From positions 1-42,433 of the forward strand of contig MEDY01000266.1 of the NCBI GenBank assembly GCA_001724265.1: 42,433 nucleotides of DNA, read 5' to 3'. The notes beneath the pieces were generated by a model that did not search any database, had not been told where the DNA came from, and was given only the letters and a program-made list of their open reading frames with translations. Positions 1 through 10,736 of the stretch are shown piece by piece (the stretch's first letter is position 1; every line of letters starts with the position of its first letter). Source of the DNA: Rhizaria sp. SCN 62-66. Its lineage: Eukaryota. The translations under genes and the position numbers were made by a program.

Positions 1-1
1 C

Positions 2-145
2 AAGAACAACGGCACCTCTGTCCAGGTCCCCATCCACACCTCCAACGTCGTCGTCACCGACCTCTACATGAACGGCTCCCGCCAGTCCATCCTCAACCGC
101 AAGAACCGTGCCAACGGCAACGGCAAGAAGGTTGCCCTCGACTAA
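2..145 (+). CDS. RPL26: 60S ribosomal protein L26 (uL24), 3' end, truncated by window start
   Basis: Frame from base 2 reads KNNGTSVQVPIHTSNVVVTDLYMNGSRQSILNRKNRANGNGKKVALD-TAA. This matches the eukaryotic uL24 C-terminal pattern (K.NG.tv.v.IHpS.Vvit.L.....R..iL.RK). Strong C-ending codon bias. Confidence 0.9.
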   Translation, partial: KNNGTSVQVPIHTSNVVVTDLYMNGSRQSILNRKNRANGNGKKVALD

Positions 146-358
146 GTCGTTCGACAGTCCTCTCACGTGAAACACAAAGACAATACAACGTACTTTTGAC
201 CCCACCAAAAAAAGCTCCAGAATATCTATCAAATAGATATGTAAATGTATTGATCCTTACCATGGCCGTTGTTATTTTCGCTATATATATTGGTCATTCT
301 ACGTAATTCACTGTCAGTCGGTCACTCTGAGCGTTTCTTTCCTTTGACTCACGTTGCT

Positions 359-2970
359 TCAAAAGTCGTCATCGTCATCATCATCATCATCCCACTCGTT
401 CTCCGCCAGCACATCCGTAACGAACTCGACCCGCTTGTCGTACTCGAACCCCTCGTCGCCGGGCTTAAGCTGGTTCTTCTCGAACACCTCATTCATGAGT
501 TCCTTGGCCTGCTGCAGCACATGCGGGTCCACGCGGTTCAGATCGCCCAGCGCCGCCACAGCCTCGGGCAGGCCGTCCGCAACACCCCCCGCCGCAGACG
601 CGGACGCAGAGGGCTTGGTGCCCGCACCGGAGACACCGCTATTGCTCATAGGCTTCTTGGTGACGGAGTGAGCGGCCAGCAGCTCGAGGCTGTCATCAGC
701 GTCGTCGTCGCCGTTGCCGTTGCCGTTACCGGAGATGTTGTCGTTGTGAGCACTCTTCTTAGCAGCGCTGCTATTCACAGCATCAACGTTGGCGTTGATG
801 GTGGCGCTGGCGAGGTTGTCGTTCGAGGTGGTGAAGGCAGGGAGACTGTAGCCGTGGCCATCGGTGTTCGACGCATCGAGCGCGCCAACGTAGCTCAGGT
901 CGTCCATCTGAAGCTCCAAATCGCCCTGCTGCTGCAGCTCGCGGTCGCCGTTATTGTGCGAGTGGCTGCTTGTGTGGCTCTTGTTGTTGTAGTCGTAACT
1001 CATGTCGTCGGCGTCATCCTCGCCGAAACCGCTGATCTTGTTTGCGTTAGCGCCATTAGCGTTGGTGTTGTTGTTGTTGTTGTTGTTCAAAGTGAGACGA
1101 GCGGAGGACGCAGAGTGGTTCAGGCCCCGGCCGAGACCGAGGCCGGCACCGGCGCTCTGAACGTCGTTGTCGTCGTCGTCGCCATAGTTGTTGTTCTTGA
1201 TATTGTTGGTATTGTTTCTAGTGTTGGCGTCAGAGTTGGTGTTTGCGGCGGGCTCAGCGGCGTAGTCCGCGTCGTCGTACTCGAACTCGTACTCATCGTA
1301 CACCTCCTCGACGTTATCACTCACAGCGGCCGTCGTCGCAGCCGAAGTCTTGGTGTTCGCGAGAGCATTGTCGGCACGAGACGCGCTCTTGTCGGCGGTC
1401 GCGGCCGGCGCCGCGCTCACGCGGGGCTTGAACGGGTTGTAGTCGCCGTAGATGTCGTCGTAGCCGTCGTTAGTTGCGTCGGCGGCAGTGCCGCTCGCGT
1501 CATCGTGCTGCTCGCGCTCGTAATGACTGCGAATGACAGCAGCGCCCTCAGCATCAGCGTTGTCGTCATCGTCGCCGTTGCCATCGTCGCCGCCATCGGT
1601 GTGCTTGTACTCGTACTCGTCGCCACCGTTATTGTCGCCGTCGTCGCCGTTACTGTCACCGTCAGCGAAGCGCCCGTGGGCCGACCCAGTGTAGGTAACG
1701 GTGGCCGCGATCTCGGGGCCAAGACCGAGGCCCAGGCCCATGGCGCCGAAACCGTCGTCATCGTCGCCGTTGTTGTTGTTGTTGTTGTTGATGGCGGCGT
1801 CGTCGCCGTCATCGTTAGTACCAGCACCAGCCTCAGCCTCAGGCTCAGGTTCAGGCTCAGGCTTTGTGTGGTGATAGCTGTCACTGGACTTGTTAGAGGC
1901 GCCGGCGACGGTGTTGGAGAGAGACGGCAGCGACTTGAGGGGTGAGAGGGACTTCAGCGGGGGCAGGCCACGCAGAGGCGACAGCACAGTCGCACTCGCG
2001 GCCGGGGCCGCAGCAGCAGCACCAGCAGGAGCAGGAGCACTCGACACAGTAGTGACAGGAGCGGAGACAAGTGGAGCCGAAGCAGTGACGGGGGCATACA
2101 AGTCGTTCAAGTCGTCATCATCGTTGTTGTCGTTATTATTGTTGTCATCGTCGTTAAAGTCCTCAAAACCAAGATCATAGTCGTCCTCCACTGCCGGAGC
2201 AACAGCACCAGCAGGATTAGTGCCCGCGTTGAGGTTGGCGTAAGTACCAGTCGTCGTAGCAGCGGCGGTGGCGGCGACCGGGGACGCGGGCGGCAGCGGG
2301 GGCACTGCGCTGGCCGCCGCAGGGGTTGTCTTGAGGCCGGACAGCTTGAGCGGCGCGAGCGGGCCGCCAGGAGTCGCCACAGACGCAGCAGATGCAGCAG
2401 GAGTAGCAGCAGGAACAGCAGGGGTAGCCGCAGTCGTAGTCGCGGCGGAAGCGCCAGCAGCAGGGGAAACAGCAGTGGCAGCAGTGGGCGAGTGGCGCGG
2501 CGCAACGGTCATGCCGGCCTTGTCGGGGCGGTCGGGGATGCGGCGAGTGAAGAGCACGGTGGCGACCGAGTAGAGGTGCTTGAAGGGCACGATGCTGGGG
2601 GCCAGATAGCGCGGGTGCGCGTCGCGGAGATGCAGCGCAAAGTCAAGCGGCGATGGAAGCGCCATCTCTTCGGGCTGTGAGTGGAAGTGGTAGAGAGAGA
2701 ATGGAAGATGTGAGCGAGCTGCAAGTGAAAAAGAGGAAGTGGACGAAGGAGAAAGAAGCAAGCGAGAGCGAGGTGGAGACTTTGAGAACGTCGACGTACC
2801 GTAATTTCGATTACGCGGAAGCGACGCTTGTCGCCATACTTGAGGTCCTTGTACATCAAGTGCAGGGCAGGCGGCTCAAAGCGGCACGCAAGCTTCTCAC
2901 CGCGCACGCGCGGATGAGGCTCGACAACCTGCTTGAGCGCGGCCTCCAGCCGAGGGTCGGTAGCACTCAT
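359..2970 (-). CDS. CEP19: CEP19-like centriolar/ciliary protein, ~828 aa; exons 2970-2800 and 2674-359
   Basis: Exon 1 KLACRFEPPALHLMY...KRRFRVIEI resembles the CEP19 N-terminus (KcgirFqPPaiiLiY). The C-terminus DLNRVDPHVLQQAKELMNEVFEKNQLKPGDEGFEYDKRVEF...W matches the CEP19 tail (DLNk.d..eL..rK..MdelFEKNq.k..Dp.FvYD.eVEF). A phase-0 intron joins the two frames. Confidence 0.85.
2675..2799 (-). other. Spliceosomal intron, 125 nt, in CEP19
   Basis: ACG|GTACGT donor, pyrimidine-rich body, CTCACAG|CCC acceptor. Splicing gives the in-frame junction EIT|PEEM. Confidence 0.85.
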
Positions 2971-3629
2971 CCTATATGCGTCGAGACAAGAAACGTAAGA
3001 TATTTAATTAAAAGAACAAAGTATTTAAAGTGAGTCAATCATCATATTTGAAAGAAACCTTATCTTGATGCGTTTACATTCCTGTGTAGCTCTGACTTGT
3101 TCGTTCACGCCGTTGGGTTCCTCTTTGCAAGTTTGCCTCGGCCTGCCGTCATGTTACGCTTGCGGCAGTCACAGCACATGATAATGAACACGCATGAGGA
3201 GCACGTTTGAAAAACAAGTCAATTTATTAATAAGAATTACTATGTTGCGTTCAAATAAACGCTGTAAGTTCGACATATACAATCGAACAAGGTTAAAATA
3301 GTCGTATAAGAAAAGTAGTAATCAACATCGGACGCTATGGTTATACACACCTCAGCAGTTCAAATCATTCTTAAGCTTTAACATCAGCACAGAAAAACCT
3401 TGAAAAAGTAGTACAACAAGGAACACAGCAGACACTCAACGTCTTTTCTCGCATCCGCCCAACAATTCCATTTGCAATCTAGAAAATCAATAAATCCACC
3501 TACCCTGCCCTCCGTTTGTGTTGTTTCGATAATAAAAGTTTTGCACAAGGCAATAAACGCCGCGCATGACTCCGCCAAGCAAGTCACCGCAATTGTGCCC
3601 TTTAGTGTACATGTACATAGAACATCCGC

Positions 3630-6600
3630 TCACCGGCGCGTCTTGAACGCGGGCGTGAGCGAGAGCGTGGCCGGCACGTAGTACTGACCCTGCAGGTTGG
3701 GCTGCGTGCTGTCATTAGCGTCCTCGTCGCCGTCGTCCTCGCTGTCGCGCCGCGGCCGGAACGCCACGAGCGGCGTCTCACCCCCGCTGCCCGCGCCGGG
3801 CTCGCCGGGGAGCTGTGCACCGCCCGGTCCGCCCGCCTTGGGCCGCGGCGTGAAGGCGCTGCCCATGACGCGCGACGTGTCCGCGCCCGCGCCTCTGTCG
3901 CCGCCGCCGGCAGAGCTGGCGCCGCCGCCGGTGCTGCCGCCCGCGCCGCCCGCGGACCCGCTGCTGCCGAACTGGCCCGACGAGACGCCGAACTGGCCGC
4001 CCGGCGTGCGGTTCGCGCGCAGTGAGCTCAGCGAGCCGCGGTCGCCGTTGCCGCCGGCGCCGCCCGCGCCAGCGCCGTTGCGCGCGGGCATGCCGAAGTT
4101 GGGGGTCGCGCTGCCGCGGGGGCCGGGGAAGCTGCCAAGACTCGCGCCGAACGTGTTGTTGTTGTTGTTGTTGTTGTAGGAGCCGTTGTTGCGGTGGATG
4201 TGGAACGAGCCCGTCTGGTCGGCGCTGTTGCCGGCGCCGTAGCCGCTGCCGAGCACGGCGCCGCCCTGTCTGTAGCTGTTGTTGTAGCCGGCGCGCGACT
4301 GGCCGTGGCCGGACTCAGAGTCGCTGGTGCTCTCTTCCCCCGAAGCGCCGGCGCCGCTGCGGCGCGCGCCGGCGCCGGCGGCGCGGCGGTCGGCGGGCGA
4401 GCCCGCGCCGGCGACGCCAAAGGGCGCGAAGGGGCTCATGCCGCTGAGGCTCGCACTGCTGCCGTGGAGCCCGCTGGCGTGGCTGCTGCCCGCGCCGCCG
4501 CGGCCGCGCATGCCCGCGCGCTCGGGCGACCACGACAGCGCATCCGTGTGGCGCACGCCGCCCGTGCTGCCGTGCGCGCTGCTCGCGGCGGCGGACGCGG
4601 CGAGAGCGGCAGCGGCGGCGGCGGCGGCGGCGTCCTCATCGGCCTTGGCGCGCGCGGCCTCAGCCTCTGCAGCCTCGCGGGCCGCGGCGTCGGCGTCGGC
4701 CCCAGCACCGACGCCGGTCTCGGCGCCAGTCTGGGCGCGGCGAGCGGCCTCAGCCTGCTCGGCGGTGGCGCGCGCGGAGGCGACGAGGTCGACGCCGCTG
4801 ACGTTGTTAAGGTTGTCGCCGTCGCCGTCGAAGCTCTGCTCCAGGAACTGTGCCGTGCCGTCAGCGCCGTCGGCGCCATTGGCACCGGAGCCGGCGGCGT
4901 TGGAGTTGGGGCTGCGGCCGCCGCCCGCTGTCGCGGCCAGCAGCGTGGCCGCGGCGGCAGACAGCAGGTCGTCCTCGTCGTCGTTGCCGTTACTACCAGA
5001 GCTCTTGCCCTTGCGGCTCCCGTCGGCGTCGGCCTCGGCAGCATCCTTTGCGGCGGCAGCCAAAGCCTCGTCCTCGGCGTCGGCGGCGGCCTTGGCGGCG
5101 GCGCGCTGCTCATCGGTGAGGCCGTCTTCGCCGATGAGGCCGATAACGGTGCCGTTGGCGCCAGTGCGCGCACCCGCAAGCCTGAGGAAAGTAGAATGCA
5201 GGACAAAGTACACCAAAAAAAGGTATGTAAGTGATTATTAAAACAAAAATACATTAATGAAATTGAGATGTCATCATAGAAACACTTCATAAGACAACAA
5301 TAGACCAAAAACGTTTTGCTCTACACGAGCAAGAGTCAAGAGCAAGAATCAATGTTTGAACGTACTTAGCAGCTGCGGCAGAGACGCTCTCCCAGCGTCC
5401 GTGACCGGACATGACCCAGAGCTGCCTGCCGCCGCCGGCCGCGGCCCTGCCGGTGACGCGCGCGGGCACGACGACGCCGCTGTCGCCGACGCCAACGGGC
5501 ATCTGCACCAGCACAGGTTCGCGCGCGGTCGCGGCCAGCATATCCTGCGCGGCCGCGGCGTCGAGCGCCGGGTCGGCCGAAAAGTCGCCCGTGGCGGCCG
5601 CGCGCTTGAGCGAGTTCGCGATGCGGCCCAGCGCGCGGCGCGCGTCGGCATTGGCGGCCAGCGGGCGGCGCGCGGCCTGCAGCTCGGCGGCCACGTACTG
5701 CGCCAGCGACGGGTACTCGTCGGTCACACTCACGGGCTCGGGTGCGTACAGCAGCGCGTCCGAGTTGGCGCGCGCGCGGCGCGGGGGGCGCGGCGACGCG
5801 GCGGCGGCGTTGCCGGCGGTGGCGCCGTCGTCGATAATGCTGCTGGCGTGGTGGTTGTGGGCGTTGAAACCGGTGTAGAAGGTGTTGTTGTTGGTGTTGT
5901 TGAGGTCGCTGTTGAACGGCTCCGGGTCCGCCTCGGCCCCCAGCGCCGCCGCAGCCGCCGCGTAGTGCCGCTCAGCCTCCCTGCGCGCGGCCAGCAGCGG
6001 CGCGATCGTCGTGGCGGGTGCGGGGCCGACCATCGCGCTGAGGCCCGAGGCCGTGATGTGCGCCGTTTGGTTCAGCGCGCGCAGCGAGCGGTCCATGGCG
6101 ACGATGTCGAGGCCGCCCAGCGCGGCGCGCCACCCCGACGGCGCGGGCGGCGATGCCAGAAGCTCCTCGGCCGCGGCCACGGCCACGGCGTTGCGCTCCG
6201 TCGCCGCGGCCGACTCGTCGTTGGTCTGGGTTCCGTCGCCCTTGCCCTCGCCCTCGCCGCCGGTCTGATCGAGCGCGATGGACGCGTTGACGGCGGCGGT
6301 GCGATCCAGCAGCGCGGCGCGCGCGTTGGACGTGGCGTTGACGTCGACGTCGACGTCGAGCTCGGCGCGGTCCACCAGCAGCGCGTCGATCGAGTTCGCG
6401 CGCGGGCGGTGCGCGCGACCCAGCCCCACCGTGCCGGTGGCGGCGGCGCCCGACGCGGCCTTGCCCTTGCGGGAGCGCGCGTTCGAGGCGTTAAGGCCAC
6501 TGGCGTTGGCGCCATCAGCAGTCACGTCAGCATCGTTGTTATCCTTGTCCTTGTTATTGTCGGCGTCGGCGTTCGCGTCGTTGTTGTTACCGTCACCGTT

Positions 6601-7242
6601 GCCGTCGCCGTCAACAGCGTCAGCGTCAGCGTCGTCCGTGGTGCGCGGGCGGCGGCCGATGAGCGGCACAGGCGCGGGGAGCGAGTCGATCAAAAAGTGG
6701 AAGTCGCTGGCGTAGACGTCGCGCTGTTGCGCACGCTGCTGCTGTTGCTGCAGCAGAGCGGCCTCCTCGCGCTCGCGACGCTCGCGCTCCTCGTTCTCCT
6801 GACGTTCGCGCTCCGCGGCGGCAAGCGCGGCGGCCGCGGCGGCCTCGGCGGCGGCAGCGGCCTCAAGGGCAGCGGCGGCAGCGACTGCTGCAGTGGCGGC
6901 GGCAGCGGCGGCTTCAGCATCGGCGGCAGCCTTGCTCGCAGCCGCAGCACGAGCAGCGGCAGCCTTTGTGGCCTGAGCCTGAGCCTCGGTCTCGATCGTG
7001 AGGCTGATTGAGTCGGCCTGAAGCGCCTCATCGTCCTCAAGGATGGTGGAAACGGCGGCGGTTGTGATGAGACGCGGAGGCACGTAAGGGGTCACGCATT
7101 GATTGCGGATGAACCGGCGAGGCCGTGCACGGTGTGCCTCATTGACTTGTGTCTTCCACCACTCGTTGCGGATGGTGCGCTCGCCCTGGGGGTCGTCACG
7201 ACCGACAGGTTGCTCCGTTACGACGGACCCACAGCCACCCAT
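3630..7242 (-). CDS. Hypothetical ~1142-aa low-complexity protein with N-terminal myristoylation/palmitoylation-type motif; exons 7242-5366 and 5181-3630
   Basis: First ATG gives MGGCGS. Track ORFs 5287..7353 and 3630..5216 are joined in frame by a phase-2 intron (AA|G = Lys, then LAGART). Both exons show GC3-rich codon usage. Coiled-coil-like ERERQENEERERRERE segment. Confidence 0.75.
5182..5365 (-). other. Spliceosomal intron, 184 nt
   Basis: AT-rich gap between two GC-rich blocks, with AA|GTACGT donor (same as the CEP19 intron) and TTTCCTCAG|G acceptor. Frame is preserved. Confidence 0.85.
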
Positions 7243-7877
7243 GTGCTTGACTCTCGCGCTCTTGCGTGCTGCGCCAGAAGGCTCGTTGTGCAAAGAGGAA
7301 GAAACCTCCTGATGTGAGGAGGAAAAAAGAAGCTGGACACAGATGGGCGACACAAAAGACGGTAAGTTGTGGCTAGACTCCGGGAGAATGTGCTAGAGAG
7401 AGAAAACGGTCGTTAAATCGGGACAGTCCATGCGCACCCGCCGAATCGATGCAGACGCTTTGAATCAGGTTTTTCTGAAAATTTAAAATTATGACAATTA
7501 GCACATCGTTAACTTAAACACCACAAAAAAAGTAGAAGCTACTGTAAACGCTCGAATGCCGAGAACTTGCTTGAATTTTGGCAGCCTCGAAGGTCATCCT
7601 GCTGAGGTTAGCTCCAGATGCCGACCTAAACGAGAATCAACAATTTTCTACATCCCACAACAATTAGATGGGGATCGAATCCCGTAAAACGCATAATTAA
7701 CGTAACCAGGTTCACTTCAGTATTCTAATGAATCAAAAAAGATTGTCTATAGCCTAAAAGGGCTCAATTCTATGAACAGAGCAAACGGCTATAGATGCAG
7801 AATCCAGTCTTTAAATGTATACAAGGTGATTCAAAGACCCTGTTTTGTCGATTTTGCAAATGAAATCGATCTTACCA

Positions 7878-7948
7878 GCTGGTGTAGTATAGTGGTAGAA
7901 CACAAGACTGTGATTCTTGCAACCCGGGTTCGTTTCCCGGCACTAGCA
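7878..7948 (+). tRNA. tRNA-His(GUG), copy 1
   Basis: Cloverleaf: GCTGGTG/CACTAGC acceptor stem, CAAGA-CT-GTG-AT-TCTTG anticodon arm, CCGGG-TTCGTTT-CCCGG T arm, A73. No encoded CCA; followed by an oligo-T Pol III terminator. Confidence 0.95.
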
Positions 7949-8010
7949 TACTTTTTGTTGCTCAGTTGTCTGCTCACACAAGTGAGTAACGAGTGTCCAA
8001 AGCTCAATCA

Positions 8011-8081
8011 GCTGGTGTAGTATAGTGGTAGAACACAAGACTGTGATTCTTGCAACCCGGGTTCGTTTCCCGGCACTAGCA
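8011..8081 (+). tRNA. tRNA-His(GUG), copy 2
   Basis: Identical 71-nt sequence to copy 1, followed by a T-run. Confidence 0.95.
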
Positions 8082-8453
8082 TATCTTTTTGGAACAGGTT
8101 TTCTTGCAGCAGCGCTGTCCTGGACTCTATCTTTTTGTTCGCCACTTCCTTACTCACCCGCATGCCGCGGCAATGTTGGCCGTGCTAACGGCGCGCAATC
8201 ACAAGGCATGTTTCTGGCGTTACGCCCGGAGTTAAACCTATCAACTTGTGTGCCTTACGATACAACTTACGTGCATTCGACGGCAACATGTTGCATTTTC
8301 ATTTCAATAAAAGTGATCGTGAAGTCGCTTGTGTATTAAGTTGACTTGCTATGCCAAGATCTTTTCGACGTCGTGACACATGTCAGTGAGCTCATGGTCA
8401 CTGCAACAGTGCGGCATAGCGTATTGCTGTCGCGCGTGTGAGTGTGTTTCAGT

Positions 8454-8750
8454 TTACTTCTTGCTTGAACCTTGCGCTGATGAGCCCTTGGCAGCTGAGC
8501 CTTGCTGCTGTGCGGCTGAGCGCTGCGCAGCTGCTGCACTCCTGGTCGCGGCAGCACTCTCCGCTGCTGCAGAGCGCTGTACTCCGGCAGCGCTCTTGAC
8601 AGCCGCTGCGCCCTGCGCCGCTGCAGAGCGTTGAGCCTCCGCTCCGCGCTGCACTCCTGCCGCTGTCTGGGCAGCGGCTGAGCGCTGCGCTGCGGCAGCG
8701 TTCTGTTGCGCTCCTGTCGAGCGCTGCGAGTGCGAACCAGATTGCTTCAT
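8454..8750 (-). CDS. Possible small Ala/Gln/Ser/Arg repeat protein (AAQRSAAA repeats) or orphan exon
   Basis: GC-rich open frame from ATG at 8750 to TAA. The QRSAAA peptide unit recurs with varied synonymous codons. No homolog recognised and the start is uncertain. Confidence 0.35.
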   Translation of the reverse strand: MKQSGSHSQRSTGAQQNAAAAQRSAAAQTAAGVQRGAEAQRSAAAQGAAAVKSAAGVQRSAAAESAAATRSAAAAQRSAAQQQGSAAKGSSAQGSSKK

Positions 8751-8961
8751 TAGGCTGTTGCGTGCTGAAGTGTGGGGAACGGATGGAGATGCTGAGTGAG
8801 TGATCTTGGTCTCATCACATAGTCCTGACTTCAATGAAAATAATGCACTTCAAATCAACTTAAACAAACAAACAATACTTATTTATATCTCCAGAGGAAG
8901 TGAGCTTGATCATAAACAATGTCAAATTGACTTGAGTCAACCTCAGGTCAACGCCAGGTCA

Positions 8962-9105
8962 TGAGTTCTTTCACAACTTGCTCACGGTCGTCAATGTTGC
9001 CACATCATGACACGTGCTGACTTGAAGAAGAACTGAGTTCTTTCACAACCTGCTCACGGTTGCCAATGTTGCCACATTATTACACGGACTGACTTAAAGA
9101 AGAAC
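8962..9105. repeat. Diverged tandem duplication, 2 x 72 bp
   Basis: TGAGTTCTTTCACAAC...GAAGAAC starts at 8962 and again at 9034, with scattered substitutions and no indels. Confidence 0.9.
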
Positions 9106-9330
9106 ACTGTACTCGCTCATGTTGCTACTCTATCACGAAACTCAACAAGCGTGCATGTGCAAATTTGAGAAGAAAAAAAGCTTAATAAACCTATTCTTCC
9201 TGACAAAGATGCTGTATTAATACGCGTCATCCAATCGCATTCGTTTATAATTACAACACCTCTGAGACTTATTACGAGCATGAGTCTGTCGTCGTCAAAA
9301 CGCCTCGGTTTCGCTTACATTCGGGAGCTT

Positions 9331-9546
9331 TCAGTCGCAGCCGCCGCTATAACCGCAGTAGCCGCCGTAGCTGAACCCGCCGTAGCCCCCGTCTCTATAG
9401 TAGCGAGGATAACCCCAGCTGCCATCACATCCACCTTAACCGAGACCGCGGCCCCCACGCAAAAAGCAAGCCTGACCACCCTTGTGTTTTGCACATGTGC
9501 TCAGCAGCTTGTAATAGTATTAAGCTCATCAGCAGGTACAGGATCT
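9331..9546 (-). pseudogene. Decayed paralog of the secreted Gly-rich peptide gene at 17376-17723
   Basis: Minus strand reads ILYLLMSLILLQAAE...AWG, then a frameshift in a G-run, then GRGLG*GGCDGSWGYPRYYRDGGYGGFSYGGYCGYSGGCD*. The downstream sequence shares AGGCGTTTTGACGACGAC, ACAGACTCA and TAAGTCTCAGAGGTG with the 3'UTR of the intact gene. Confidence 0.8.
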
Positions 9547-9659
9547 AATGTTGATGATATTATTATGTATAGCACGAGAACAGAAGGTTTTGAGCGTTCG
9601 GGTGTCAAAAAAAAGAGTTAAATGGCTGGCGCAGTGCGATAAAACCGTGCAAAAAAGAG

Positions 9660-9732
9660 AGCCACCGGCGGGGCTCGAACCCGCGGCTAATCGGTTAAGA
9701 GCCGAACACTCTACCGACTGAGTTACGACGGC
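9660..9732 (-). tRNA. tRNA-Lys(CUU)
   Basis: GCCGTCG/CGGTGGC acceptor stem, ACTC/GAGT D stem, TTCGG-CT-CTT-AA-CCGAT anticodon arm, GCGGG-TTCGAGC-CCCGC T arm, downstream oligo-T. Confidence 0.93.
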
Positions 9733-10694
9733 AATCGTACTACACTTGAATAAAGTGCGAAGAAATGGAGAAGCAAAAAGAACAGCAAGCAACTCAGTAT
9801 AAGAGAGATGCGATGAACTTGATGAATGTGTGCCAAAATTATTTAATTAAAGTACTGAACCATCTTTACTTGCAAGAGATGAATTTGACTAGCACTTTTA
9901 TTTCAGCAATTCTTGCTTTATATAAGGCTTTTTATGGTGACTTAGCACTAGTTCCATAAACCTTGAACTAATTTTTATTACAAATCACTAAATTTGCCTG
10001 GTTATAACGCTTTTATATTGCCTTCTCAAACAAAGGCGCAGATGCATCCGGACCGAAGAGTTGGAGGTACCTTGTCCTGATTCACACACATGTTGAATAC
10101 GCATATATCCTCGCTGTCAGATATTGTGTGCTGTTTCATCATCTTTAAAGATGAGTTGTTTACATTTTTTCGATTGATTATATTCTTAAAACTGGATTTC
10201 TGAAGCTAAAGACGGAATCTGCGAGTAGTGGTCAAACTCGTCGACATACAGCTGCGCTTGTTGCGTTCGCACACCACCTTGAAAGGTCTATAAATAGTAT
10301 ATGTAAGACTGTTCATATGATTATACTGTTTGCAATATGCACTAGTGTCCGTTATTAGCATTTTTATGTGGTTTTGAGTCACATATTAACACATGTTAAA
10401 TGGCCTCATATTCCGAGAGAGACATTGCCGACGACCTTGAGCATCTCGTGCGTCCAGCTTTGATCAAGATGATGTTGACTGTGCCCTACGACTTTCTGCA
10501 TAAAACCCCCCACAACTGTGCCTTACCAACACAGAAACAACACCAAGGAACAGCTGCGGCCGCGGGGCGCCCTCCGTGTTCCACAAGGTGCTGTTTGTGT
10601 GTAGCAAAGCTGTGTTTTACTGCGATAACACTGTGTTTTATGCAATATTCTTCGAATAATAGTTTCGTTTCTGTCTATTGTATGCTGTCTGGGA

Positions 10695-10736
10695 ACACCA
10701 CCTTGTGGCACAATGACACCACCTTGAGACACAATG
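10695..10736. repeat. Short tandem duplication, 2 x 21 bp
   Basis: ACACCACCTTGTGGCACAATG followed by ACACCACCTTGAGACACAATG. Confidence 0.75.

Noticed and set aside
269-1945. 558-aa plus-strand ORF and the many other long antisense or alternate-frame ORFs (e.g. 5356-7011, 27184-30204, 32263-33801)
   Set aside because: Shadows of GC3-biased real genes. Val/Arg-rich translations mirror GAC/AAC/GCC codons on the coding strand and carry no family motifs.
3630-3640. CG|GTGAGC at the stop of the 1142-aa gene as a further intron donor
   Set aside because: No convincing downstream acceptor or GC-rich exon, so TGA is kept as the stop. Not fully excluded.
5182-5365. Intronic box C-like ATGATGA suggesting a C/D snoRNA
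   Set aside because: No downstream CTGA box D or terminal stem within the intron.
7665-7690. GGGATTCGATCCCC (minus strand) resembling a tRNA T-arm/B box
   Set aside because: No acceptor, D or anticodon arm can be folded around it.
7772-8339. ORFs 7772-8020 and 8025-8339 sharing VEHKTVILATRVRFPALAY
   Set aside because: Translations of the duplicated tRNA-His genes, not a protein repeat.
7878-9105. Repeat-spacer appearance (tRNA copies, 72-bp units) as a CRISPR-like array
   Set aside because: Only two units each, the repeats are tRNAs or spacerless tandem copies, there are no cas genes and the context is eukaryotic.
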